From an uncultured Candidatus Saccharibacteria bacterium (lineage in GTDB: Bacteria; Patescibacteriota; Doudnabacteria; UBA920), in NCBI GenBank assembly GCA_964556325.1, contig CAZKVS010000002.1, positions 13,599 through 77,598 of the forward strand: a DNA stretch of 64,000 bases, read 5' to 3'. Made by a program: the position numbers and the translations under genes. The notes under the pieces were generated by a model. It did not search any database, was not told where the DNA came from, and saw only the letters and a program-made list of their open reading frames with translations. Each line of letters begins with the position of its first letter. Position 1 is the first letter of the stretch. Below, piece by piece: positions 1-10,447 of the stretch.

Positions 1-3000
1 CTTTATTTGCACCAAGTCTTCTCGGCCTAAGTACTCATAACCCAACACTCGGAACACGTAGTCCAGTATGGACGTAGACATTTTAATGTTGTCATGTCCC
101 TGCACCGGCCCCGCTGGTTCAAACCGAGTAAAGGTAAAGGTGTCTACGTACTCTTGCAAACTTACTCCGCGCTGCAAACCTTTGGACACCGCAATGGCAA
201 AACAGTTAAGCAAGGAACGGTACGCAGCCCCGTCTTTATACATGTCTATAAATACTTCACCCACCCGACCATCTTCATACTCACCGGTACGCACGTATAC
301 TTTATGCCCACCGACTATTGCTTCCTGCGTCCAACCGCGGCGCTTAGTAGGCAAGCTTTCTTTTATTCCACGAGCAAGCGCGTGAGAGTGCACGGCTTCT
401 GGAGTGACTTCGTTTATGTCGTCTGGGTCTGCACCTAAGAGCGAAGCAAAGTCTGCGGTTGTGTTGGAGTTCAGCGGCTGGGAGAGTTTGGACCCATCCC
501 GGTACAAGGCCACCGCCTTCAACATAACCTTCCAAGAGTCCCAGTAGACTTTCTTTACCTCGTCTATGTTGGCCTCTGCCGGCATGTTTATAGTTTTGGA
601 AATAGCGCCAGAAATAAACGGCTGCACCGCGGCCATCATTTTCACGTGCGCGTCATAGGCAATGTATCGCTTGCCTTTGGTCCCACACTTGTTAGCGCAG
701 TCAAAAATAGCATAGTGTTCTTCCTTTAAGTACGGCGCGCCTTCAATAGTCATAGTCCCGGCTACGTACTCGTTCGCTGCTTGCACATGGTCAACAGTAA
801 AGCCGAGCGCACCCAGCACATCAAAGTTGGCTTCTTTCACATATTGGGCCAAACCAATACGATTCATTACCTCTTCACCCAAAGTCAGCGGGTTAAGCAC
901 AAAGCGAATATCAAAAGCAGAACCGAGTTTGGTTTCAACAAGCGCTAAGTCAGCGTCGGTAAACCCTTTCGCTTTCAAAGTCTCATGGTTAACAAACGGA
1001 GCGCCAACCAAAGTTCCATGCCCACGGGTATAGCTCTCTATCTCCGTAACCTGTTCTTCACTGTAGCCTAAACGCTTAAGTGCTTTTGGCACGCTGCTAT
1101 TTACAATTTTAAAGTATCCCCCACCGGCCAACTTTTTGAACTTTACCATGGCGAAGTCCGGCTCTACGCCGGTCGTGTCACAGTCCATAACCAACCCGAT
1201 AGTTCCGGTCGGCGCAATAACCGTTACCTGAGCGTTACGATACCCGTGCTTCTCGCCTCGCTCTAAGGCTTCATCCCAGACACCTCGAGCTGCTTGCACT
1301 AAGTATTCCGGAGCATGTTCGGCAGCAATACCTACCGGTAAAATAGTTAAACCTTCGTATTCTTTAGCCGTAGCGTTATACGCAGCACGACGATGGTTGC
1401 GAATAACTCGTAACATGTGCTCCTTATTCGCATCGTACCGGGCAAATGCGCCTAAGTGTTCCGCCATTTCTGCGCTTGTCGCATAACTCTCCCCGCACAT
1501 AATAGAACTAATACACCCGGCAATGCTCCTGGCTTCATCCGAGTCGTACGGTACACCCATGGTCATGAGTATAGTGCCCAAGTTGGCGTAGCCCAAACCC
1601 AAGGTTCGGAAAATGTAAGACAATTGAGCTATTTCTTGTCCCGGAAACTGGGCCATGAGCACGGAAATTTCTAACACAATAGTCCAAAGCCGGGTTGCAT
1701 GCTTAAAGCCGGCGACGTCAAACTGTCCGGTTTCTGCATTGTAAAAATGAGCCAAGTTTATGGAAGCCAAGTTACAGGCGGTGTTATCCAAAAACATGTA
1801 TTCACTGCATGGGTTAGAACCATTAATGCGACCATCTTCGGGACAGGTGTGCCACTCATTAATGGTGGTATCAAACTGCAAACCCGGATCGGCACAGGCC
1901 CACGCCGCGTAGCCAATTTGGTCCCATAATTGTCGAGCTTTAATCGTCCTCGCCACCGCGCCGGAAGTACGCCAGGTTAAATCCCAGTTCCGGTCATGAC
2001 TTACCGCTTCCATGTACTCGTTAGTCACTCGAATAGAGTTGTTGGAGTTCTGACCGGATACGGTATTATATGCTTCGCTTTCAAAATGCGTGTTAAATGT
2101 CGGAAAGTCCAATTTGTCATAACCCTGGTCAACCAACGCCAACGCTCGGACTATGTAGCTCATGGGCACCTGGAACGAAAGAGCTGTCTTAATAGCCTTA
2201 CGCAACTTTTCGTTCGTGTGATAATCGGTCGTCTTCTCAGCCGTGGCAATAGCCATAATGTCGTTCAAGTGCTGAGAGTTGATGGTACTACCGGTAACTA
2301 GATCGGCAACTTTTTGCTCCTCTAATACTTTCCAGTTAATAAACTCTTCTACATCCGGATGATCGGCATTTACTACCACCATTTTAGCGGCGCGACGAGT
2401 AGTACCGCCGGACTGGATAGCGCCTGCGGAACGGTCAAAAATACGCAACCAAGACATCATACCGGAAGTCTTACCCCCACCGGTTAACGGTTCGCCTTTC
2501 GCACGCAACGTAGAAAAGTTACCACCAGTACCGGAGCCGTATTTAAACAAGCGGGCTTCGCGCGTAATGGCGTCAAAAATACCGCCCGGGTTCACCAAGT
2601 CATCGTTTACCTTTTGGATAAAACAGGCGTGTGGCTGTGGATGAGTATACGCATCTTCAGACAATTTAGTCACTCCGGTTGCCGGATCCACATAGTAGTG
2701 GCCCTGAGGTTGCCCGGTAATGCCGTACGCCCAATTTAAACCGGTGTTAAACCACTGCGGACTGTTGGGTGCGCCCATTTGTGTAATGAGCATGAACTCC
2801 ATTTCATCTTGGAATGCCTGCGCATCTTCTGCTGACGCAAAATACCCATGTTCCTCACCCCAAAACCGCCAAGTCCCCGCCAATCTCCGTACCACCTGCC
2901 GACTGCTTTTCTCACTTCCCGTCACAGGCTTGCCGTCTGAGTCAAACACCGGTTTCCCCTGCTCATCCACCTGAGGCACCCCGGCTTTTCGGAAATATTT

Positions 3001-3233
3001 TTGAGCCAAAATGTCCGTTGCTACCTGGCTCCAGGTGACCGGAACTTCAACATCTTTTATTTCCTTTACAATGGAGCCGTCGGGGTTGCGAATAACCGAA
3101 CTGCGCTTTTCATACACCAATTGTGCCAGAGGATCTACGCCGGCCTGGGTGTAAACACGGGGTATTTTCAGACCTGAGCCCTTTTTTGCTTTAACTGCAG
3201 GAGTGGTTTGTTCTTGGGTGAGTGTTTCAGACA
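1..3233 (-). CDS. nrdJ: Adenosylcobalamin-dependent (class II) ribonucleoside-diphosphate reductase, N-terminal about 1077 aa; the C-terminus runs off the window start
   Basis: Own translation of the minus strand from ATG at 3233 gives one long reading frame to position 1. It contains the class II RNR signature '[23 protein letters not shown]'. It was not in the ORF track because no stop lies in the window. nrdR sits immediately upstream. Confidence 0.85.
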
Positions 3234-3277
3234 TAGGGGTGTAATTTATTTTTAGCTGGTATTCGAAAAACAAAAAA

Positions 3278-3724
3278 TTATAGTTTACTTAACGCCGCGC
3301 GGAAATCTTCCGGATCCTCAAACTGCAGATAGACTGCTGCAAAGCGGATATAGGCGGCCTTACTCGCTTTCTTAAGCCTCTTCATCACTATCTCGCCAAT
3401 TTCTTTGCTTTCAATTTGACTATTGGCCGATTTTTTTTGAATGTCCTGCTCAATGCCGGAGACTATTTTACGCAGCGTTTCATCTGTATGAGGTAACTTC
3501 CAGAAAGACTGTTTTACTCCTCGCTCCATTTTTTCTCGCGAGTAACTCTCTACATGACCGTCGCGTTTAATCACGCTTAAATCCAAAATTTCTATTTGTT
3601 CGTAGGTAGAGAAGCGAAAACTACAGGCGTCACACTCCCGACGCCGCCTAATAGCGTCGTCTTCCTCTACGGGACGGGAGTCGATGACCTTAGTTTCATC
3701 CTTCAGACAACTCGGACATCGCAT
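3278..3724 (-). CDS. nrdR: Transcriptional repressor NrdR (zinc ribbon plus ATP-cone)
   Basis: N-terminal 'MRCPSC...C..C' zinc ribbon, ATP-cone-like remainder, 148 aa, directly upstream of the RNR gene. Confidence 0.9.
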   Translation of the reverse strand: MRCPSCLKDETKVIDSRPVEEDDAIRRRRECDACSFRFSTYEQIEILDLSVIKRDGHVESYSREKMERGVKQSFWKLPHTDETLRKIVSGIEQDIQKKSANSQIESKEIGEIVMKRLKKASKAAYIRFAAVYLQFEDPEDFRAALSKL

Positions 3725-3758
3725 AATTTGTTATTTTACTGCTATTCTTTTCAAACTA

Positions 3759-3806
3759 ACGTGTATATCGTGTCGTTCGTAAGCCAATAAACACAATATG
3801 TTGTGT
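3759..3806 (-). promoter_or_regulatory. Tandem NrdR boxes upstream of nrdR-nrdJ
   Basis: 'ACACAATATGTTGTGT' at 3791-3806 is a near-palindromic match to the NrdR-box consensus acaCwAtATaTwGtgt. A weaker box 'CGTGTATATCGTGT' lies about 32 bp away at 3759-3774, matching the usual three-turn spacing. A TAAAAT -10 lies just before the ATG. Confidence 0.5.
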
Positions 3807-3968
3807 TTCAAGATATGTCTTACATACCATATGTAGTATATCCAACAATATCAAAACAACCAAAAAACAAACTCGGCATAGCTATGAGCAACCAGAAAAT
3901 GTAAAAATAAGTTATCCACAAAAAATCCTACCCTTGCATAGGAAGGGTAGGATTATATCTCAGTGTAA

Positions 3969-5171
3969 CTATTTTATTTTGCGCCGAATGAAAGCAGGGA
4001 TATCTAGCTCATCATCCGATCCGCTTGCTGACTGAGCAGGGGCGCTAGCTTCACTTATAGGCGTAAATTGAGGACGTCTCGGCTGAGCAGAGGGCTCAAC
4101 GGCAACCGGAGGCTGTTGTGGCGCCACAGGAGCTTGAGGAGTGTGTGCGGTAAAAATCCGACGCTCCTCCGGCTGTGCAGGCTGCGGTGCAGTGACCGGC
4201 TTTCTATTGGTCTCATCAAAACCGGTAGCAATGACTGTTATACGTACTTCGTCGCCCATTTCTTCATCTATAACAGCGCCAAACTTCACTCGCGCATCCG
4301 GATCTATGCTCTTAGTAATAGCCTTGGCAGCTTCATCGATTTCAAACATACCCAGCGATGAACCACCGGTGATATTGAACAGCACGCCTTGAGCACCGTC
4401 TATGGAAAGTTCTAATAACGGAGAGTTTACAGCCATACGAGCTGCTTCTGCCGCTCTATTTTCACCGCTCGCTCGGCCAATACCCATAAGAGCGGTTCCG
4501 GCATCCTGCATAATACTCCGAACGTCTGCAAAATCTGCGTTGACTACCCCGTGAGAGGTAATTAAGTCCGAAATACCGGCAATGCCTTGTCGAAGAATGT
4601 CATCCACGGTGCTAAATGCGTCTACCAGGGAAGTCTTCTTGTCAATTATCTGTAAAATTCGATCGTTATGTATAGAGATAATTGCGTCGACTTTGTCTTT
4701 GAGATTAGCGTATCCCATCTCAGCAATCTCTTTACGCTTATTCCCCTCAAAATTAAACGGCTTTGTAACCACTGCAACGGTCAGTATGCCCCGATTCTTA
4801 GCCAACTCAGCAACAATGGGTGCAGCACCGGTTCCTGTACCACCACCAAGACCGCAGGTAATAAATACCATATCGGCATTGCTGATAACTTCTTCTATCT
4901 CCTCTTGAGACTCTTCGGCAGCCTGACGTCCGATGTCAGGATTCATACCACTACCCAAGCCTTTGGTAATGCTCTTGCCGATATGCACCTTTTTATCCGC
5001 AGCATTATTATGTAAAGCCTGAGCATCCGTATTGATTGCCACAAACTCCACACCACGAATACCCAACTCAGTCATACGATTAACTGCGTTGGTACCGCCT
5101 CCGCCCACACCGAGTACTTTAATCCGGGCAAATGACTCTATCTTTGTCTTAACTTCCATTGTTTTCTTCAT
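3969..5171 (-). CDS. ftsZ: Cell division GTPase FtsZ
   Basis: GGGTGTG tubulin signature, 'DIPAFIRRK' C-terminal peptide, 400 aa. Confidence 0.95.
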   Translation of the reverse strand: MKKTMEVKTKIESFARIKVLGVGGGGTNAVNRMTELGIRGVEFVAINTDAQALHNNAADKKVHIGKSITKGLGSGMNPDIGRQAAEESQEEIEEVISNADMVFITCGLGGGTGTGAAPIVAELAKNRGILTVAVVTKPFNFEGNKRKEIAEMGYANLKDKVDAIISIHNDRILQIIDKKTSLVDAFSTVDDILRQGIAGISDLITSHGVVNADFADVRSIMQDAGTALMGIGRASGENRAAEAARMAVNSPLLELSIDGAQGVLFNITGGSSLGMFEIDEAAKAITKSIDPDARVKFGAVIDEEMGDEVRITVIATGFDETNRKPVTAPQPAQPEERRIFTAHTPQAPVAPQQPPVAVEPSAQPRRPQFTPISEASAPAQSASGSDDELDIPAFIRRKIK

Positions 5172-5279
5172 ACGGTCCGATCCTAATATACGAATTGTAT
5201 CGGAATATCCCGAATACTACAAATCTTCCCAAGACCCTACAAAACTAGTACTCGAAATAACGGCAATTCTGCGAATCGG

Positions 5280-6521
5280 CTACGGTAAAAATGACTTAAA
5301 CCAGCGCTTTAATTTTAACATATTGGGGTTTTCCAACAACCGTCTCGCACTTGAGCCAAAACCACTCGAGCTGGCCGAAAAAGCGGAAGACCACAGCACT
5401 AACCCGCACACTGCCGCAAACGACGGATCATCTACTCGGTCAATAATAGTCCGTAAACCCTGCAATTGTCCTCGACTTGCGGGTAACCGTAAAGCGCTCT
5501 TTGCGTATTCTGCTATACCCGGTAAATTCGCCGACCCCCCGACCAATACAACCCCTGCAGGCAGTTTGCCGTCACGGTTAATGAGCTTTAGCTCTTTGTT
5601 CACGTACTCAAAAATTTCTGCAAGACGAGCTTCTATAATTTCCACCACTTCGCGCCGATCCACCTGTTCAGTTTCCGTTTCGTCCAGTTTAGATAAATCT
5701 ATGGTTAAATGTTTATCTATACTTTCCGGATCTGCATGTCCGTAGAGCACCTTCACCCGCTCAGCGGTGTCTATACTTGTACGAAGCCCAATCGCTAAAT
5801 CGTTGGTAATATGTAAACCACCCAACGGCAACACCGCGGTGTGTAATAAAGTATTTTCTTCGTATACTGCAATACTCGTTGTGCCCGCTCCTATGTCTAC
5901 AAGCACGACACCCAATTCTTTTTGCTTGCGGGACAACACTGCAGTCGCAGATGCGAGGGGCCCTACCACTAACTCGTCTACCTGCAAACCAGCCTGGCTG
6001 CACACTCGCTGCATATTCTTTATAAGCGGGCTTGAACCATGCACAATGGTTGTTTCCACTTCCAGCCTCACCCCTGTCATCCCCAATGGATCTTTTATAC
6101 CTTCCTGACCGTCCAATACAAAGGTCTTGGGAATAACGTGCAGTACTTCTCTATTGGAAGGGATAGAGACGGCCTGCGCTGCGTCGATAACTCGAATAAT
6201 ATCTGCCTCTGTCACCTCACCGTCAGCTTTAGACACCGCAATGACCCCGCGAGAAGTTAGACAGGCCAAGTGCGCTCCGCCCACGCTTACTAAAGCACTG
6301 GTCACCGGCACCGCAGTCATGCGCTCCACCTTTTCCAACGCACTCGATATTGCAGTAACTGCTTCATCCAGGTCAACCACTACGCCACGCCGAAGGCCGG
6401 CTGCGGGAACACTCACAGCACCCACCACCGCTGGTTCAACTTCTGGCTCAAGCTTAACCTGAACCACTCGAACAGAGTGGGTACCAATATCAATTCCGGC
6501 GATGTAGTGCTCTTTAGCCAT
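5280..6521 (-). CDS. ftsA: Cell division protein FtsA (actin-like ATPase)
   Basis: 'MAKEHYIAGIDIGTHSVRVV' N-terminus typical of FtsA, immediately upstream of ftsZ. Start chosen at the internal ATG at 6521; the ORF track extends to 6542. Confidence 0.9.
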   Translation of the reverse strand: MAKEHYIAGIDIGTHSVRVVQVKLEPEVEPAVVGAVSVPAAGLRRGVVVDLDEAVTAISSALEKVERMTAVPVTSALVSVGGAHLACLTSRGVIAVSKADGEVTEADIIRVIDAAQAVSIPSNREVLHVIPKTFVLDGQEGIKDPLGMTGVRLEVETTIVHGSSPLIKNMQRVCSQAGLQVDELVVGPLASATAVLSRKQKELGVVLVDIGAGTTSIAVYEENTLLHTAVLPLGGLHITNDLAIGLRTSIDTAERVKVLYGHADPESIDKHLTIDLSKLDETETEQVDRREVVEIIEARLAEIFEYVNKELKLINRDGKLPAGVVLVGGSANLPGIAEYAKSALRLPASRGQLQGLRTIIDRVDDPSFAAVCGLVLWSSAFSASSSGFGSSARRLLENPNMLKLKRWFKSFLP

Positions 6522-6603
6522 AATTCTAAATGCAAATTGCAAATTGTTGATTGTAGATTTAAAAGTGCGCCTGAATGAGCAATCTCAAATCTGCAATGTG
6601 CAA

Positions 6604-7044
6604 TTATTTTAGTGTTTCTTTAAGTACTTTTGAAAGCACGGCCCCGTCTGCAGAGGCGCCAAACTTTTCCTTCAATGCTTTCATTGCTAAGCCAAACTCT
6701 TTTGCCGTCCAACCGTTAGCAACGCTCAATTCTTGCACTGCAGCCGTAATCTCTTGCTCACTCACCTGTGCCGGTAAAAATTCAAGCAACACCTCTGCTT
6801 CCGCTTTTTCTGCCGCCGCAAGCTCTACCCTATTCCCCTTTATAAATTCACCTTCCGCTTCCTTGCGACGTTTATATTCAGACTGTATAACCGCCAAGAC
6901 GGCCGCTTCGGAAAGGTCCGAACCGGCCGCAATGCGTTCATTCTTTAATCGCGATAACAACATACGCAAAGTTCGAGAGGTAACTTCATCTCTCGCTTTT
7001 AAAGCGACACTCACTCGTTGCTCTAAATCTTGTATGGAAACCAT
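6604..7044 (-). CDS. yqeY: GatB/YqeY domain protein
   Basis: Similarity to the YqeY family ('RMLLSRLKNERIAAG'). The rpsU-yqeY pairing is conserved. Start taken at MVSIQ. Confidence 0.75.
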   Translation of the reverse strand: MVSIQDLEQRVSVALKARDEVTSRTLRMLLSRLKNERIAAGSDLSEAAVLAVIQSEYKRRKEAEGEFIKGNRVELAAAEKAEAEVLLEFLPAQVSEQEITAAVQELSVANGWTAKEFGLAMKALKEKFGASADGAVLSKVLKETLK

Positions 7045-7107
7045 GCGTATTTGTTTTATATGCCAGACTAGACTGTAGCCCAACAAAAATTTTTGATAAA
7101 TAAACTA

Positions 7108-7353
7108 CTATCGGGACTTGAACTGAGTCGTATGTCGAGTAATGGGCTTACCGAGTTTTTTCAGTTCTTCGCGAAGCTCTCGGAGTTCAGAACGTCGCCG
7201 AGCAGCTACCCGTTGCAGGTTACGGCTCTTGCCCGGTTCAAAAAACCGAGTTTTGCGAGCGCGCACTAAAATACCGCTTTGTTGAATTTTGCGGTTAAAA
7301 CGTCGGAGTAAACTTTCAAATGACTCGTTGTCTTTACGTTTAACTTCTACCAA
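7108..7353 (-). CDS. rpsU: 30S ribosomal protein S21 (TTG start, C-terminal basic extension)
   Basis: 'MVEVKRKDNESFESLLRRFNRK...ARKTRFFEPG' S21 signature. GAGGTGA Shine-Dalgarno 6 nt upstream of a TTG start. Confidence 0.85.
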   Translation of the reverse strand: MVEVKRKDNESFESLLRRFNRKIQQSGILVRARKTRFFEPGKSRNLQRVAARRRSELRELREELKKLGKPITRHTTQFKSR

Positions 7354-7598
7354 TTCTGCTCACCTCTCTCTCTAATAGATATCTTTTCGTGCTTGATCAA
7401 GCAAAATATGCTTTAAAACAGCACAATAAGTAGGGTAACTGTACCATAACTAAGCCGGCTTGGTCAAACAGCCGCAACCCATCCTAATCCTTAACCCGCC
7501 TTGACTCGTCGGCGAGGCAGGTCTTTTATCCTGGAGCAGAACCCCCAGCAAATAAAAGAATAGCAACCAGGATGCAACCACCGAAGGTTAACCATAGA

Positions 7599-7940
7599 CT
7601 ACTCCGCCAACTCCATACCACCGAGTACGTGCAAATGAAGATGCGGTACAATCATTCTGCCATTTTTGCCTACGTTATACGATAAGCGATACCCCGTCTG
7701 CTCCACTCCCAACTGCTTAGCTACCCGCTGGGCAGTCAATACCATTTTTCCCACCAACATTTGATCTGCATCCGTTAAATCCACAACAGAAGGAATATGC
7801 TTCCTCGTAATGACCAAAACATGCACGGGTGCCTTAGGCAAAATATCTTGTATGGCCAATACGTCGTCATCTTCAAAATAAACTTTCGCCGGAACCGTAT
7901 GTGTGGCGATATTGCAAAATACGCAGTCGTCGTTATCCAT
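7599..7940 (-). CDS. HIT-family (histidine triad) nucleotide hydrolase
   Basis: 'HLHLHVLGG' histidine-triad motif. Start taken at MDNDDCVFCNI; the ORF track starts at 7973. Confidence 0.8.
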   Translation of the reverse strand: MDNDDCVFCNIATHTVPAKVYFEDDDVLAIQDILPKAPVHVLVITRKHIPSVVDLTDADQMLVGKMVLTAQRVAKQLGVEQTGYRLSYNVGKNGRMIVPHLHLHVLGGMELAE

Positions 7941-8028
7941 ATTCGTAGCTTCATGAGCTTCAAAAGCTTGCAAGCTTCCAAAGCTGTGTTAAATCTTAAA
8001 GCTTGGGAAGCTGTAGAAGCTCCAGAAG

Positions 8029-9309
8029 CTATCTCCCTAGTCTCTTTCTTACTTCATCTACAATTTTATCATAGCTAAAGACCTCTTGCATCCCGCTTTT
8101 TACATCCCGCAAGATTACCACCTCATCAACTGCCTCTTTCTGGCCCATTATGAGCGCCACAGGACTCCCCGCCTCTTGAGCTGCTTTAAGCTGATTTTTC
8201 ACACCCACATATCCAAAATAATCAAACACAGTCATACCTCCCTCAACTAAGTCACGGAACAATCGGAGTGACCGTTTGGCAGCCAGCTCACCGAGTGGCA
8301 CCAAATATACTTCTGCAGGCCGCTTAGGAGTTGCCTTTGCCACTGCCCCTCGCTCCATAAGCGCTTGATGCAGCTGGAGAAAACTGCCGTGTAACCCAAA
8401 AGCATGAACGTTTTTACCCCCTAATTTTTGGACCAAATTAGTATGACCTTCTGCTTGCGCAACGACTAAGGCGCGCCCATCCAATTTTAACTTCAATACC
8501 GCAATTGTCCCGCTCGCACCTTCCATCCCAGCCAATAACGGGTTCAACTGATAAGGAATTTGTAGTTCTTCAAGGGCTTCGAGTAAATTAGTAAAGTGCT
8601 TACGGGAAGATTCATCTAAGAAATCTAAAATAGTAGGCGCCTCACTCAACAAAGACTGGCAGTCCAAATTCTGACACCTCAGTACCGCCAAAGGATGTTC
8701 TTGTAGGTTATCTGCGCAGGTATCACAAAGCTGATATCGTTTCCCTTTCAAAAAATCCCGCAAAGCTGCTCCATAGGTTTCTTGGCACGATTCATTTCCG
8801 CAGGTATTCACTTCAAAGGCCACATCACTGAGACCAATTGAACTAAATAATTGCCAGGCTGCCCCTAATACTTGCGCTTCGGTCAGGTGATTGTAGCTTC
8901 CCCAGACTTCCAAACCAAACTCATAGTCGGCAGCGAGTTGTTTTTGTCCGTCTTGTATTACCGTGCCGCTATAAACCCATTTGGTAAGTTTAGGATCCTG
9001 GGTACGAACTTGAGAGAGCAAACGCAACATAGAGGGTAGCAGACTCGAACGAAAGGCGACTTGCCGACCCGCTGCTTCACCCACCACTAAATTTTTAACT
9101 CGAGCATCTTCCGTAGCGTATACATGTTGATACAAGAGCGGATCTTCTGCTACTGGTAGCTCCAGTCGAGTAAAACCGTATTGGCTCGCGTAGCGGTCAA
9201 AATTCTCAAGTAAGGTCTGCCAGGCACTGTCTGCACTGGTGATGATGTCAAATATTCCTGGTAAGTTAGCAGCTTTACGACTCGATTGGGTGGCTATTTT
9301 TTTATCCAT
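8029..9309 (-). CDS. hisS: Histidyl-tRNA synthetase-like protein (HisS/HisZ family) with degenerate catalytic motifs and a Cys-rich insertion
   Basis: N-terminal HisRS-family similarity and a C-terminal HisRS-type anticodon-binding domain ('VYLVPLG...ALIMGQKE...VILRDVKSG'). Motif 2 (FRYER/GRYREF) and motif 3 (GGRYD) are not recognisable. Insert with CGNESC...CDTC...CQNLDC. Start at MDKK (9309). Confidence 0.65.
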   Translation of the reverse strand: MDKKIATQSSRKAANLPGIFDIITSADSAWQTLLENFDRYASQYGFTRLELPVAEDPLLYQHVYATEDARVKNLVVGEAAGRQVAFRSSLLPSMLRLLSQVRTQDPKLTKWVYSGTVIQDGQKQLAADYEFGLEVWGSYNHLTEAQVLGAAWQLFSSIGLSDVAFEVNTCGNESCQETYGAALRDFLKGKRYQLCDTCADNLQEHPLAVLRCQNLDCQSLLSEAPTILDFLDESSRKHFTNLLEALEELQIPYQLNPLLAGMEGASGTIAVLKLKLDGRALVVAQAEGHTNLVQKLGGKNVHAFGLHGSFLQLHQALMERGAVAKATPKRPAEVYLVPLGELAAKRSLRLFRDLVEGGMTVFDYFGYVGVKNQLKAAQEAGSPVALIMGQKEAVDEVVILRDVKSGMQEVFSYDKIVDEVRKRLGR

Positions 9310-9341
9310 AGTTCGTGTAATAAAATACTGAGTGGGAAGGG

Positions 9342-9974
9342 TTATTGAGGGAAATTGTAATGCTGTATGAAACCCAGTTGGCTTAACGGGAGCACTCGAA
9401 GCCATACTTTTCCTATAAACTCGGCTTTGGGTAAGGGACCCCAGACTCTTGAATCACTACTGTACATTCGATTATCTCCCAGCACATAGTACTCACTCCC
9501 ACTCAACTCAACCAGTTCTGGCCTACCCAATGTGACATTTTGATCAGGCAAATACGTTTCGTCTAAGGTAAACCCTTCGGGATGCGCTGTGTTATATACA
9601 GTTACACGCCCCTGCCCTACCGTGACTCGCTCTCCCGGTAAAGCAATGATTCGTTTAATGAAATACTGGGTGGGATCTTTTGGATACCGAAACACAATAA
9701 CGTCCCCTCGCTCAGGTTGATGAAAACGATACGATAGCTTTTCAACAATCAAGTATTCCCGATTATGAAAATTGGGCACCATAGAAGACCCAGAAACTAC
9801 AAAAGGCTCGGCTATAAAAGGGCGGATAATGCCCCACACTAAAACGAATGCCACTAAAAAAACTTTGGCCAAATCCCACACAAATAAGGCAATAGACCGA
9901 ACCGTGGCTGCCAATTCACTGGTTTTATGTCCTTCATCTAACTTTTCATTGTCTGTTTGTTTGAAATTGAACAC
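9342..9974 (-). CDS. lepB: Signal peptidase I
   Basis: 'GSSMVPNF', 'RGDVIVF', 'YFIKRIIALPGE', 'GDNRMYSSDSR' S26 motifs, with an N-terminal TM helix. Confidence 0.85.
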   Translation of the reverse strand: MFNFKQTDNEKLDEGHKTSELAATVRSIALFVWDLAKVFLVAFVLVWGIIRPFIAEPFVVSGSSMVPNFHNREYLIVEKLSYRFHQPERGDVIVFRYPKDPTQYFIKRIIALPGERVTVGQGRVTVYNTAHPEGFTLDETYLPDQNVTLGRPELVELSGSEYYVLGDNRMYSSDSRVWGPLPKAEFIGKVWLRVLPLSQLGFIQHYNFPQ

Positions 9975-10101
9975 GAATATAGTCTTAAATTATGAAGTAT
10001 GAATCAGGAATTAAGAATAACGAAAGAAATCATAACGGGTTGTTCGTAATTCAAAATTATTCTGGTGGGCGCGCTCAGCGTGCCCTTCACCACGCTAAGC
10101 G

Positions 10102-10178
10102 TGGTGGTCGCACCTGGACTCGAACCGGGGACCTCACCGATGTGAACGGTGCGCTCTAACCAACTGAGCTATGCGACC
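10102..10178 (-). tRNA. tRNA-Val (anticodon CAC), CCA encoded
   Basis: Reverse complement folds as a cloverleaf: acceptor GGTCGCA/TGCGACC, D-stem GCTC/GAGC, anticodon stem CACCG/CGGTG with loop TTCACAT, T-loop TTCGAGT (one C·A mismatch in the T-stem). Confidence 0.75.
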
Positions 10179-10447
10179 GATGTGATACAAAATATTCTTC
10201 TCTCATCAACGGATACCGACGATATACCAGACCAGCTGCTTGTCCCTCGTAGTTCCGACTCTTAGTCGGAACGTAGGGGGAAGCTAATTGTCCGCCACAC
10301 CTATAAAATCCTGCGTACGTATCCAGAAAGGAAGCAATCTACGCGGAGATTAAACCAACTATACCATCCTAAACCTAACTATGCAAGATAATTAAGCCCA
10401 AAAAAATCCGCACAAAAGTGCAGTTTTTTGCTATACTTACATACACT

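Noticed and set aside
68-3038. Plus-strand and antisense ORFs of 60-148 aa from the ORF track inside 1..3233 (e.g. 68..385, 94..438, 1996..2301, 2720..2974)
   Set aside because: They lie within, or antisense to, the long uninterrupted nrdJ reading frame found by direct translation of the minus strand. They show no protein-like features.
4068-6462. Multiple antisense ORFs overlapping ftsZ and ftsA (e.g. 5032..5745 at 237 aa, 5767..6108, 6127..6462)
   Set aside because: They are opposite-strand shadows of confidently identified FtsZ and FtsA. Their low-complexity Ser/Thr/Ala-rich translations are typical of antisense reading of coding DNA.
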